The translations under genes and the position numbers were made by a program. The notes beneath the pieces are model-generated. The model saw only the letters and a program-made list of their open reading frames with translations, searched no databases and had not been told where the DNA came from. DNA of 63,233 nt, the filler included, from Octopus bimaculoides (taxonomy: Eukaryota), in the NCBI RefSeq assembly GCF_001194135.2. It is 5 parts of 5 records of this genome, joined end to end, with 100 filler letters (N's around TTAATTAATTAA, not from the genome) between each part and the next. Parts side by side here need not be neighbours in the genome. Positions count along the whole stretch, not along the records: positions 40,749 to 52,239 come from NC_068990.1; positions 52,340 to 61,326 come from NC_068987.1; positions 61,427 to 63,233 come from NC_068991.1; 2 more parts are not named here. One strand, given 5' to 3'. Positions 50,880 to 63,233 of this stretch are shown here, piece after piece; the first letter of the stretch is position 1; each line of letters opens with the position of its first letter.

Positions 50880-51085
50880 TGTACTTGTTTCAGTCATTAG
50901 ACTGCAGCCATGCTGGGGCACCGCCTGATTTGAATTTTCAGTCAAGCTAATCGACCCCAGTACTTATTTTGAAGCCTGGTACTTATTTTATCGGTGATTT
51001 TGCTTAACTGCTAAGTTACAGAGACGTAAACACACCTTCACCGGTTGTCAATCGGTTGACAAACACAGATACAAAGTCACACACA
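50880..51085 (-). mobile_element. SINE family B-type 3' half
   Basis: TTGTTTCAGTCATT.GACTGCAGCCATGCTGGGGCACCGCC..TCGACCCCAGTACTTA. Confidence 0.8.
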
Positions 51086-51439
51086 CATACATATAAATTA
51101 TTAGCCATTTCTTCTAGCGATAACAACAATTGGTAGATTTGTCTACCAATAGTAGACTGGCGATTTAGCATATACGATAGTGAAAATTATGTCATATCAG
51201 AGTACCAAATAGCAGAGTACCTAACAGCAATCACAAAGCAAGTTGTGATTGCGTCGATTACTCTACTGGCTCAATGATGAAATAGGAATATCCATCAACA
51301 TTCCTACAAAGCACATTACAAGACAACTACACGCTGGAAGCTACAGAATTGATAATCATGATTGGGAAGGTCCAAACCAATTGATGCGTGTGTGTACAAA
51401 CAGGCAAATAGACAAAGAACCAGCCAGACGGATAGATAG

Positions 51440-51610
<171 letters not shown>

Positions 51611-51835
51611 AACAGACAGCCAAAACAGATAGATATACTTGCTGAACCCTCTCTAGCTTATCACACTTCAGTGAGATCTATGCTGAAAACCGTGTCAACA
51701 GCATTATCTGGGGAATTCAAGAGAACCAAGAGAAAACATTTTGTTCTTTTTTTAATTCCGTTAATAATCTCTGCTTGCTTCAATCTCCATCTTTGTCCAC
51801 AGTATACACTTTTCTCTCTCTCCCACTCTCTCCTT

Positions 51836-51870
<35 letters not shown>

Positions 51871-51871
51871 A

Positions 51872-51922
<51 letters not shown>

Positions 51923-52171
51923 AGTGCTCTTCTTCTTTGCTCCCTCCTTCCTTCTTTACCATTCTATATTCTCTTTCTTCCCTCTCTAATAAGAAGGCAC
52001 ATCACAGAGGATGTCAAGTTTCAGTTCATATTCTATATATTTAGAAAATGTTCGAGATCTTCGCAAAGCAGAACAAGATAAGAACTTAGGTGTACGTGTG
52101 TAAGAGTGAGAATGTGTTTGTATATGAGAACGTGTGTGTGTGTGTGTCTGTGTGTGTAAGTGAGAATGTGT

Positions 52172-52239
<68 letters not shown>

Positions 52240-52283
52240 NNNNNNNNNNNNNNNNNNNNNNNNNNNNNNNNNNNNNNNNNNNN

Positions 52284-52295
52284 TTAATTAATTAA
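52284..52295. other. Assembly spacer TTAATTAATTAA
   Basis: 44N-12-44N. Confidence 0.92.
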
Positions 52296-52339
52296 NNNNN
52301 NNNNNNNNNNNNNNNNNNNNNNNNNNNNNNNNNNNNNNN

Positions 52340-52381
<42 letters not shown>

Positions 52382-52455
52382 TATAAATTTAAAGGTCTCG
52401 CAGACTTTTTATAGTCACAGATAATGCGACCATTTATAGTGTTAGGTATGTATGT

Positions 52456-52833
52456 AGGCGTAGGAGAGACTGTGTGTTAAGTAGCTGGCTTCCCAACCAC
52501 ATGGTTGCGGGTTCAGTCCCACTGTGTGGCACTTTGGGCAAGTGTCTTCTACTATAGCCTCGGGCCGACCAAAGCTTTGTGGGTCGATTTGGTAGACAGA
52601 AACTGAAACAAGCCCGCCGTGTATATATGTGTGTCTGTGTGTGTTTGTGCGTCTGTATTTGTACCCCCACCATTGCTTGGCAGCGGATGTTGGTGTGTTT
52701 ACGTCCCCGTAACCCAGTGGTTCGGTAAAAAGGGAGGGATAGAATAAGTACTAAACTTACAAAAAAAATCCTGGGTCGATTTGTTCGACTAAAGGCCGCA
52801 GTCAAATGACTAAAACATACAAAAGAATAAAAG
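52456..52833 (+). mobile_element. SINE family B, near full length
   Basis: tRNA-like head, CORE-like box, internal (TG)n, 3' tail ending AAAAGAATAAAAG. Confidence 0.9.
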
Positions 52834-53134
52834 TATGTATGTATGTATGTATGTATGTAAGCATGCATGTATGTATGTGTGTATTTTCTTTTTCGTTTTT
52901 TCGATTTACTTAAGTTACCCTCAAGGGAGTTCAAGTCGGTCGCTAGGAAAGTGAAACGGTTTTTTGAGTTAAGAGAGCTCCCGGTGTTTGTAAATATGTG
53001 GCTGAGTTGGTGTATTGGTTGAACTCTCGATGCATTCACCCAAATGTCGTTCTATATTTATGAGATGAGAAATTACGTACGTTATTTATATTATTTACTA
53101 TTGACGGATATTTGTCCTCATCTTGTTTTTTGTT

Positions 53135-53180
53135 AACACCACGTTTCGGCTGATATACCCTCCCACCTTCTTCAGGTGCC
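53135..53180 (-). ncRNA. Minimal type I hammerhead, left arm
   Basis: GGCAC-CTGAAGA-A-GGTGG..CAGCC-GAAAC-GTG-GTGTT; helix II damaged and cleavage triplet GUG. Confidence 0.6.
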
Positions 53181-53227
53181 TTGGGGAAATTTCGAACCTG
53201 GGTTCTCATTCCTAAGGTATTTTTCAA

Positions 53228-53292
<65 letters not shown>

Positions 53293-53502
53293 AATCTTGG
53301 GGTTAGTAGCCTGCGCTCTTAACCACTACGCTATATGCCCACGGGCATATGGCGTAGTGGTTAAGATTCCGAGTTCGATTCCAGGCAGTGACCTGAATAA
53401 TAATAATAATAATAACAACAACAACAAGAAGAAGAAGAAGAAGAAGAAAAGAATAACAACCACAACAACATCGAAAAATATCCAAGTTCGAAATTTCCTC
53501 AA

Positions 53503-53548
53503 GACACCTGATGAAGGCTGGAGGGTATATCAGCCGAAGCGTTGTGTT
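53503..53548 (+). ncRNA. Minimal type I hammerhead, right arm
   Basis: GACAC-CTGATGA-A-GGCTG..CAGCC-GAAGC-GTT-GTGTT; GAAA to GAAG change. Confidence 0.62.
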
Positions 53549-53744
53549 AACAACAAACAAGGTGAGGACAAATATCGGTCAATTGTAAATAATGAAAATA
53601 ATGTTCACCTAAATGCGTTCATCTATTTACGTAAGAAGCTCAGATGGAAATTTTTTGGAATGTCTTACATATCTTCACTGAGCCACTAATAAATTTTATT
53701 TGAAGAATCCCTGTCAATTTGTTTTGCGCTTTTTTCCTAAAACC

Positions 53745-53960
53745 GAGTATGTATGTATGTATGTATGCATGCATGTATGCATGCATGTATGTATGTGTGT
53801 ATGTATGTATGTATGTGTGTGCGCATGAATGTTTTTGTATGTGCATATGTGTGTATGTGTATCTCTGTGTGTGATGCGGGCCTGTGTAAGCGTGTGTGTG
53901 CGTGTGTGTATGTGTGTGTATGTGTATGTGTGTGTGTGTGTATGTGTGTGCAAACATGAC
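53745..53960. repeat. (TATG)/(TG) microsatellite
   Basis: Tandem repeats. Confidence 0.93.
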
Positions 53961-54224
53961 CGAAAACGCGAGTGTAAACGTGCTTGTGTGCGTCCGTCGT
54001 TGTACATTAATGAAGGAATATGTAAAAATAGGTGAAAATATACCTTGTCATGCTTGAACTACACGAGTGCCACAAGATCTCCCTGTGACTCTTGCAATCA
54101 TAAATTTTACAAGCACTTCCGTTAATAACCTCCAAGGAACGACGCTTTTGTTCACAAAATACTTCTCTAGACAATATAAACGAATGACTGTGTGTGCGTG
54201 TCTCTTTTTGTCGGTGGTCCATAT

Positions 54225-54321
<97 letters not shown>

Positions 54322-54348
54322 CGTATGTGTGTGTCACCCCTCTCTTTA

Positions 54349-54379
<31 letters not shown>

Positions 54380-56531
54380 CTATATATATAAATATATANN
54401 NNNNNNNNNNNNNNNNNNNNNNNNNNNNNNNNNNNNNNNNNNNNNNNNNNNNNNNNNNNNNNNNNNNNNNNNNNNNNNNNNNNNNNNNNNNNNNNNNNNN
54501 NNNNNNNNNNNNNNNNNNNNTCTATATGTATAAATATATCAATAACTTATTAAATGTCAAGATTGTAATTAAAAAAAGTTGTTCTTTTTTACAAAATATG
54601 TAATAAATCATTTTATTTTACATTTTATAATATAATATAACTTACACATTCCAAAAAAAATCGATGTATATATACAAAAAAAAAACTGAAAAGAAAATTG
54701 CGAATTCATTTCAAATAAATCCTTTTTTATTATTTCTCTTAATATTTGATAATTCTGTCGAACAAGTATTAGATATTAAATATTTATATTCTTATAGTAT
54801 AGATCCGTGTTAGAGAAATTTGCATCGATAAAAGATTTTATTATCTAGATTCTCCCACTTTTTTTTTACAATGCAGTATGTTTCAACCCCTTTCCTTCAG
54901 TAGTAGAAATTATGTCTGGATATGTTATTCTCTAACTGTACTTATAGCATGTCAACGTTTAATACTCAGTTAAAACATCAAATTTTCAATAAATATGGCA
55001 GGTTTCTTAATTGATCTGTTCAACGTTCCTGGTGCTTATAGATACACAAATACTTATATACGTATTAATGTATGCATATGGATATGTGTGTATGCATACA
55101 TATATAAAGGGTATCCATAAACTTTCTGTAATGATTTCGTATACTTCCCAATCTTTCAACATCAGATTAAGGCATTTAATAATTTTATTTAATTGCTATT
55201 CAATTTTGAATAAGTCAAGTCTCTCAAAAATTATGCATCACTCTTCTGCACGGCATTAAGAAAGGAAGTTAATGGAATATGTCTGAATTCGAAGAATAGA
55301 GGTCGGGATGGTCTCATTTGAATAAAATAATTTCTCTTATATCAGGACTAACATTTGGCTAAACAACAATGAGACCACACACAACGACGTAACTGCGAGG
55401 ATAAGAAGTTTGATTTTAATTTATATAACTTTTTGATGCTATCTTGTTTCGTTGTATACTACCGTAGTCTTACATCTACCAAAGATTTCTGAGCGAAATC
55501 TGTGTGAAAGCCCATCGGAATGATCTTCATATTCTTGGGCTATAGATTTAATTTTCGCTAGGTTTTACAGTGTGAATTTTGCTGCGGACATTCAGAATTG
55601 GTTTTTGGTTTTAAGGCAATTTCTTCCATTTTAGTCATCAGTCATGGAGGTCCTGAAAATATTTATTGGCCCCCGTACTTCCCCACGTGTGGAAGCTTAC
55701 ATTATGTGAACTTTTATCATATACAATGGGTTACAAATGAGAGTGTTTATATAAAATAGCAAATTTCAATTACACGAGCCCATCCTAATGATAAATTGTG
55801 TTGTAAACCTTCGTGAAATCAATCACAGCTACATTAATTAATAAAATAAGGCAAATGAGGCTGACAAAAAAAGATCATCAGTTTGGGGAAGTGGGAAAAT
55901 AAAACAAAACTGAAGGAAATTACTTTCTATGGCCGATGATTCTGAAAAACAAAGTAAGCGTAAAGTGGGTCGCAATCGAAAAATGTTAAGATAGAATTTT
56001 TTCTCTCGAGCCAAGTTACCATCAATTTCTTCAAAACTATGGATAGAGAAGGTTCAGTACCACAGTAAATTTTATGAAAAGTGGATCAGTGTAGCAATTT
56101 TCACGTGACTAATTAGGCTACTTACACGGTTTAAGTCAAGCGAGAAAAAGTAGTAGGTCAGGTCAATTCGGCATTTTGTCTGGAGTGTGTCGCACACATA
56201 TTGTGGTTGCCTACAGTTTTAGGACCCACCTTTATGTTTCTTCTCTGAGTCATTATTATGAGTATAAATTCATTAACATTATTGATTTTCCATTTTCCCT
56301 CGATGTAAATCCCTACAACGGCATGTTCTAATTCCACTTTTTAGAATCCTCTCAATAAATGAACCCTTTAGGGCATAAAAAATATCATTACAATTGCTAT
56401 TAGTAATTGTATGGACATTCCTCTCCTATTCTATCAATCTTAAATCCCGAACCTACCCTCCAATTTAAATCGAATAGCCAAATACTGCAGTGTAACCTAC
56501 ACTTCAATCAAATTTTGCAAGACTACATACA

Positions 56532-56640
<109 letters not shown>

Positions 56641-56676
56641 NNNNNNNNNNNNNNNNNNNNNNNNNNNNNNNNNNAA

Positions 56677-56714
<38 letters not shown>

Positions 56715-56894
56715 CGTATGTACGTATGTATGTACGTATGTATGTATGTATGCATATGTATGTATGCATGTGTGTATGTATATGTATATGGACAGGAGTT
56801 AAAATTAAAAAAAATAAGAACAGTAATAAACAAGTGAAGAACAAATATATAGTGCGTGTGTTTATTTGGCAACATTTATCAGCCCGAAATACAA

Positions 56895-56930
<36 letters not shown>

Positions 56931-57390
56931 TTGNNNNNNNNNNNNNNNNNNNNNNNNNNNNNNNNNNNNNNNNNNNNNNNNNNNNNNNNNNNNNNNNNNN
57001 NNNNNNNNNNNNNNNNNNNNNNNNNNNNNNNNNNNNNNNNNNNNNNNNNNNNNNNNNNNNNNNNNNNNNNNNNNNNNNNNNNNNNNNNNNNNNNNNNNNN
57101 NNNNNNNNNNNNNNNNNNNNNNNNNNNNNNNNNNNNNNNNNNNNNNNNNNNNNNNNNNNNNNNNNNNNNNNNNNNNNNNNNNNNNNNNNNNNNNNNNNNN
57201 NNNNNNNNNNNNNNNNNNNNNNNNNNNNNNNNNNNNNNNNNNNNNNNNNNNNNNNNNNNNNNNNNNNNNNNNNNNNNNNNNNNNNNNNNNNNNNNNNNNN
57301 NNNNNNNNNNNNNNNNNNNNNNNNNNNNNNNNNNNNNNNNNNNNNNNNNNNNNNNNNNNNNNNNNNNNNNNNNNNNNNNNTGTACATGTA

Positions 57391-57556
57391 TACGATGGGC
57401 TTCTTTCAGTTTCCGTCTACCAAATCCACTCACAAGGCTTTGGTCGGCCCAAGGCTATAGTAGAAGACATTTTCCCAAGATGCCACGCAGTGGGACTGAA
57501 CCCGGAACCATGTGGTTAGTAAGCAAGCGACTTACCACATAGCCCCTCCTACACCT
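57391..57556 (-). mobile_element. SINE family B, 5' half
   Basis: Reverse complement of the 7769 and 52456 heads. Confidence 0.88.
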
Positions 57557-57929
57557 ATATAATTATATGCATATATTCATACATATATGCACATACCTAC
57601 ATTTGTATGTATACATACATGCAAATATGGGTACAGGACATCACAAAAAACGTTAAACACAATGAGAAACGAAAACAAAGACGAAGACAGAAAACGAACC
57701 TTTTTTCGGACAACGAAAAAAAAAACAAACAAACAGAGAACCTAGACATGCAACATAAATAATATATATATATATGTGTATGTATGTATATATGGCTGAC
57801 TTTCCCGTCGTAAACAACCTATGAGAGTTCGGCAATTTCACGATGAACAGCGGGAAGAGATAGCCTGTAGTTGAAATGACTATATGTTTGTGTTGATCAT
57901 TAGGTCACTCCCTTCACAGAGTACAGTGA

Positions 57930-58070
57930 TCTAGGTCGGATGTCAAAGGAATTGCGGAGCAACGTGAAATGACCTGTTTTGCACAAGAATACAACGCACC
58001 ATACGGTCCGGGAATCGAAACCCCGATTTCCATATCGTGTGTGCAATTCTGTAACTAATAACTGACCGCA
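57930..58070 (-). mobile_element. SINE family D/E fragment
   Basis: GGAGCAACGTGAAAT..TTGCACAAGAATACAAC..CCGGGAATCGAA. Confidence 0.65.
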
Positions 58071-58614
58071 GACCAATGACTGAAACAAGTAAATAGAAAT
58101 AGGAAGAGAATGTATATTTCTTGCTTGTAGATAAGCACGCAATAAGTGTGTGTGTGTGTGTTTTGTAAGTAAACGTGCGCATGTGTTTGTCCTCACGTAT
58201 GTTTGTACAGGCATTCATACGTACATACTTTTATAGATGTATTCATACATATATAGATACATGTACAACACACACGCACAACACACACACGCGCGCCCAC
58301 ACACCCACACAGACTCACAAACACATACTCACACACACACACACACACATACACATGTATGTGTATACTAATTCATATAAGAAACAAATATACAAGACAG
58401 AAAGTACTGCATTCTTACAAACTGAGAGCTTTGCTCTCTTCCAATAAAAAGCGCCATATTGAACTAGGGCATATGAGTTCAAAACAGTGACAGAAATAGC
58501 AACGTTGTTTAGTAATTTAATTGGTTAGTAAATAACAGGAAAAGAGTAATTTCAGAGTTTTTTGTATTGGTTTTTCATTGATTCTTACTTCGTTTTATTA
58601 ATAGAAAGACGGAC

Positions 58615-58698
<84 letters not shown>
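58615..58698. repeat. (GATA)n microsatellite
   Basis: Tandem repeats. Confidence 0.96.
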
Positions 58699-59398
58699 GG
58701 GGAAAATGATATAAAAAATTTAATTCTGTTTAGACATACTTGTAACATTTATTTGAACAGAATTGCAAGATGCGATCTGAAAAATGTGCATACTTACATA
58801 TACATAGACATCAAGGGTTGGCTAGTCACCTGACAGTAAATCAAAATACCATAAATACTTAATATTCAATTTCATTATTCATTCCAATTATGAATGTTTA
58901 CAAGAACTTCAGTTTCAACAATTTTCATGATGTTTTATATTTAGATCCTTTTATCAAATTCATTTACTTGTTAAACATAAGTAAATCTTGGAATTAAACG
59001 GTTTTGATTCACAGGCAGGTGACTCTTGGCCAACCCTGTATATCCTTGTATATATGTGTCTATGTATATGTGTACACGTATACAGATTGATAGATAGGTA
59101 GATAGATAGAACTATAGATAGATACAGAGAGAGAGAGACAGATAGATAGAATATTACAAGTTACATGTAACTATATATACGTATCCACCTGTAAACAACC
59201 GTGTATCTGTCAACATAGTTATCAAAAATACGCGTGTGAATACATGCATTTCTATGTGTGTGTATGTGTGATTTGTGCGTGTGTGCGTATGCGCGCATGC
59301 ATTTCTACATATATACACATACACCCAACCACACATCTATTCCCCCTACTTCTACGCCACCACACACGCCGTATTTACACACACACTCACACTTATAC

Positions 59399-59901
59399 AT
59401 TATATGGAAAAATGCGAGCATGAAAGGTAATATTCTTAAGATTATAAACCTGGAAAGGTACACAAGTTATTACACCTGGAAAAGTATAGGTCAAGCTATT
59501 ACTTCTAGTAAAGTAAAGAATAAGAAACGTTTTATAAGCAAAGAACGCCAGTTCTTTTAATTAATCATTTTTTACAGTTGTCATCTTTGAAATTTATTGC
59601 ACAAAACTGTTCAGCTAATTTGTAAATTTGTCTAATAAGTCACCTTTTACTGTATTTAAAGTAATAAATTAGCCACATTCTACTTAAATAAGTATAGTGT
59701 TATTTGTAAACTATAATAAAATATTTTTTAATATTCAGATTTTAATTTTAGCTGCAATATTTTAAGTAAAAAGTTTCTTATTCTTTACTTTACTAGAATA
59801 TCTTGTCCTATACTTTTCCAGGAGTAATAACTTCTTCTGTACTTTTCTAGGTTTATAATCTTAAGAATATTACTTGTCATGCTCACATTTTTCCACGTAA
59901 T
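59399..59901. mobile_element. AT-rich foldback/MITE-like element with about 135-bp inverted arms
   Basis: TGGAAAAATGCGAGCATGA..TAATATTCTTAAGATTATAAACCT..CCTGGAAAAGTATAGG mirrored at 59768-59901; no TSD found. Confidence 0.75.
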
Positions 59902-60704
59902 CCATGATTATTCCAGGCATTGCTGTTATAAGATAATTAATAATGTATCAACTAATGATTCAAGATTTTAACTTATAAAATGCTGAAAGATAATATTTCA
60001 ATTTTTCCATGTAAGTGATGATAATATTTCAATTTTTTTCATGTTTAATTTAAATATATGTTGAGATTGAATTATTTGATATTACACATCCACAGCAAAT
60101 TAATGGCAGGAAATATTACCATCTTGTTGATTGCACCACGGCTCACCAAAAGTTACAAACAACAAAACCCCAAAACCATCAGTTACCAGGCTCACCTTAA
60201 GTAATCTAGATTTTGAGTTGGGGATAATAGCACTGACTGTTGCTAATCTAGATCTATCAATAATTATTCAGTACAACAGTAATGATAAAAGCATAACAAA
60301 TATACACAAGTTAAAATTACTTATATCCCATTAATATAAATTTGTTTTATGAAAAATCCCTTTTAATTAATTTTGAAATTTAAAAAATAAATTTAGAATA
60401 TAAGCTCTTTTAACAAATGCCTTTTCTGAACAGGCTTACTACATGCCTTCAGGTCTGGCCGTGGAGATACAGCCAAAAATGACTATATTCCTGCCTCAAT
60501 AAATTTAGATGCACATGTCTGAAACATATAACACATTAATGATTAAATAATTAACTAAAAAGAAGAGGAAAGCAACTAAAAAAGGAAATGCAAAAAAAAG
60601 CAGAAAGCAAGTTAATTACAGCTGAAAGAGAAAATTAATAATAAAAGTTAAACTCAACGTAATTCAACAGCATATTAAAAATAACTTTATTAGAAAAATA
60701 AAAT

Positions 60705-60812
60705 ATACCAAAGGTAAAGTCGACGTTGGTGGAATTTGAACTCAGAACGAAGACAGAGGAAATAGCACTAAGCATTTTACCCGGCGCGCTAACGTTTCTG
60801 TCAACTCGCCGC
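60705..60812 (-). mobile_element. SINE family A head
   Basis: AAAGTCGACG..GGAATTTGAACTCAGAACG..ACTCGCCGC. Confidence 0.8.
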
Positions 60813-60959
60813 ATCAGAACGNNNNNNNNNNACGCATCCATTTTAGAAATACTCATCGGAAGATAAATACCACCATTACCGATATCCAAACTACAGTGGA
60901 GAAGGCTAGCCACTGGATTTGGTTAAAAAGAGATGATGAGCGATGGTTAGAGAAATATT

Positions 60960-61326
60960 GAGCTTTGTTTAATAATCAGTTGGATCCAAGTCTCACCCAG
61001 AGACCTCAAGAGACAACAAGTTAGAAGTTCATGTAGGTGTTATGCCTAGGGTACCATATATTTGTATTTGTACAGTTTTGTTCAAGTGAATGTTTAAGAA
61101 ACCATAAGAAAATTATGTGTTTGCTTTAAAATTTGAGATCACATAGACAGTATTTTACGTAGGATATGGGCAGTTCCCATGAGCACTATTTTTTGAACTT
61201 CAGCCATTTTGGGGTTTCCTGCAATCTGATCTAGGTAGTAATCAGCCCGTTTCGCTGTCATTCCCAGGGCACCTATGACAATAGGTATTGTTTTCGTCTT
61301 CAGATTCCACATTTTGCTAATTTCTA
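60960..61326 (-). mobile_element. R4/Dong-type 3' end (RLE tail plus UTR)
   Basis: EISKMWNLKTKTIPIVIGALG..EVQKIVLMGTAHILRKILS*. Confidence 0.85.
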
Positions 61327-61370
61327 NNNNNNNNNNNNNNNNNNNNNNNNNNNNNNNNNNNNNNNNNNNN

Positions 61371-61382
61371 TTAATTAATTAA
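61371..61382. other. Assembly spacer TTAATTAATTAA
   Basis: 44N-12-44N. Confidence 0.92.
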
Positions 61383-61726
61383 NNNNNNNNNNNNNNNNNN
61401 NNNNNNNNNNNNNNNNNNNNNNNNNNTGGTGTTCCTTATTTCGTTGGGGAATATGATACCATATTGATATCAAAATAAAGCCAGTTCCTCCCTTTCTCCG
61501 CGAAAGTGAAAGTGAAAGTGAAAGTGTGTGTGTGTATGTGTGTGTGCATGTGTGTGTGTGTATGTGTGTGTGTGTATATGTGTGTGTGTATGTGTGTGCG
61601 TGCATTTCGATCTCGCTATCTCACTATCTGACGTTGGCTGACTCCTTCGCTTGCTTGTGCAAAACGTCATTAATATCTGGACACGTGACACGTGGCTCAA
61701 CGAATTATTTTTCGCTTATGTCTGCC

Positions 61727-61781
<55 letters not shown>

Positions 61782-62138
61782 CTGTTTATTTGTTTGTTTT
61801 ATTTATTTTTGCGTTTGTCTGTATATATGGTGGCGGTGTGGAAGATTGTGATTATAGTGGTGGCAGAGGAGGTGTTAGGATGAGTTGGGGCTGAGGTAGA
61901 AGCGAATTGTTCGAAGCGTGTTGTTACAGTGTTCGTGCCACTGTTAAATGTAAATTGCTAAAGTGCTTTAGCTAATAAAGATCACCATAGTTAAAGTTCT
62001 TGAAGACAAAATAAAATATATATTATTCATATAATGAAATTAAAAAAACAAAGACAATACCCATGATTCATCACTTCCGTCCACCCCCACCAGCCCCGCG
62101 TTTGTAAAAGGAAAAATAAACAGAGTTGTAGGGTGGAT

Positions 62139-62180
62139 GGGCGGTTTAAGCGGAGTTGCGATGAAAACTAAAATGGCGGC
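62139..62180 (+). promoter_or_regulatory. Candidate Pol II promoter (GC box plus YY1 motif)
   Basis: GGGCGG 62139-44 and AAAATGGCGGC 62170-80 in a CpG-enriched non-repeat patch. Confidence 0.35.
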
Positions 62181-62438
62181 CTAGTGATCAGGCTTTATAA
62201 ACGTTTTAGATAGTAGCCTCTACGGGTGCGCGTTCTCTTGAAAACGTCGCTGATATTCTGAAGTTATTAAGCTGTTGCTTCATTCAAAATATGAATATAA
62301 AAAGGCATAAAAACACTAATAATGTTTCCTGAGTTTTAAATTATATAACGTGGACAAGACTCGGAACTTTGACCTTTTCCCCGGTGTGCTGACTGGAGAG
62401 GATATGAAAAGCAAAAAAAAACCAAAAAATAAACCGAT

Positions 62439-62752
62439 GAGTGACCATGGGATTGCAGCTAGAAGGTTACCCTCCAAGGCACAAGTCCGGGTAAGTTTGT
62501 TTATGAAAGACCAACAGTCGCCCATGCGTACCAGCCTCTACTCTCAATGTAACCGATATTATCCAAAGGAAAGGCAAAGGCAAATACAGCTTGGTACCAG
62601 TGACGTCGCAACTTATATCTGCGGCTGAGTGAACTGAAGCAACGTAAAACAAAGTGTCTTTGCTCAAGAACACAACACGCAGCCCGATCCCGGAATCGAA
62701 CTCAGTACATCATAATTGTGAGCTCGACGCTCTAACGACTGAGCTGTACGCC
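62439..62752 (-). mobile_element. tRNA-derived SINE family E (CORE-like box)
   Basis: Minus-strand head GGCGTACAGCTCAGTCGTTAGAGC..GAGTTCGATTCC, then GTGTTCTTGAGCAAAGACACTT. Confidence 0.85.
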
Positions 62753-62845
62753 GCGGATTTAACTGGAATTGTTCACTGGGTCCTAAACTCACTGGTAACG
62801 TATCGCAAAACACACTAACACATTGTTAATATACGCATGCAAGTA

Positions 62846-63050
62846 AGGCGGTGAGCTGGCAGAATCGTTAGCACACCAGACAAAATACTTAGCGGCATTT
62901 CGTCCGTCTGCAAGTTCTGAGTTCAAATTCCGCCAAGTCGACTTTGCCATTTATCCTTTCGGTATCGATAAAATTTAGAACTGGGATCGATGAAACTAAC
63001 TTAGATACCTCTCCGAACTTGCTGAACTGGTGCCAAAATTCGAAATCAAT
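62846..63050 (+). mobile_element. SINE family A
   Basis: GGCGGTGAGCTGGCAGAATCGTTAGC..GAGTTCAAATTCCGCC..GTCGACTTTGCC. Confidence 0.87.
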
Positions 63051-63233
63051 ATACGTATGTAAGCGTACACACACACACACACACACACAGACACACATGT
63101 ATGTATGTATGTTCTCTTCTGCTTTTAATAAGTTGAAATTCTCCTCTGAGGAAGGAGATGGTTTCTAACAAAGAGAGAAATCTCTGTCGTTGAAATGTGG
63201 CCAAAAACAAATTCATATTTTGAATTTGAGAAA

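Larger units (their letters stand above)
53049..53604. mobile_element. Head-to-head palindromic element: 2 x [tRNA-like head, (AAT)n, hammerhead, tail]
   Basis: Centre GCCC-AC-GGGC at 53337-46; arms are reverse complements on both sides of the microsatellites. Confidence 0.88.

Noticed and set aside
51230-51390. Weak RTE-like peptide RRLLYW..IPTK
   Set aside because: Similarity is too low to support a call.
55100-55650. Possible Tc1-like remnant
   Set aside because: Only one TIR-like end, and no catalytic motif is readable.

Overview
AT-rich, microsatellite-saturated, gap-rich eukaryotic draft-assembly DNA. The tRNA-derived SINE families resemble those I recall from octopus genomes, so a cephalopod source is an inference. 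I recognise no host protein-coding exon. Almost all long ORFs are microsatellite or N-gap read-throughs. The real content is transposon debris: decayed L1/Tx1, R4/Dong (RLE), RTE and Penelope-like retroelements, an internally deleted maT-type Tc1/mariner, several MITEs with clean TSDs (Merlin-like, hAT/Charlie-like, Tc1/mariner), two solo LTRs with 5-bp TSDs, and about 25 SINE copies. The most interesting signal is a set of at least eight minimal type-I hammerhead-ribozyme-like motifs from about five unrelated repeat families. Most have a palindromic helix III and several have non-canonical cores. Two of them sit in a head-to-head palindromic element in which each arm is a tRNA-like Pol III head, then (AAT)n, then a hammerhead. 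All structures were read by eye; nothing was searched or folded computationally.
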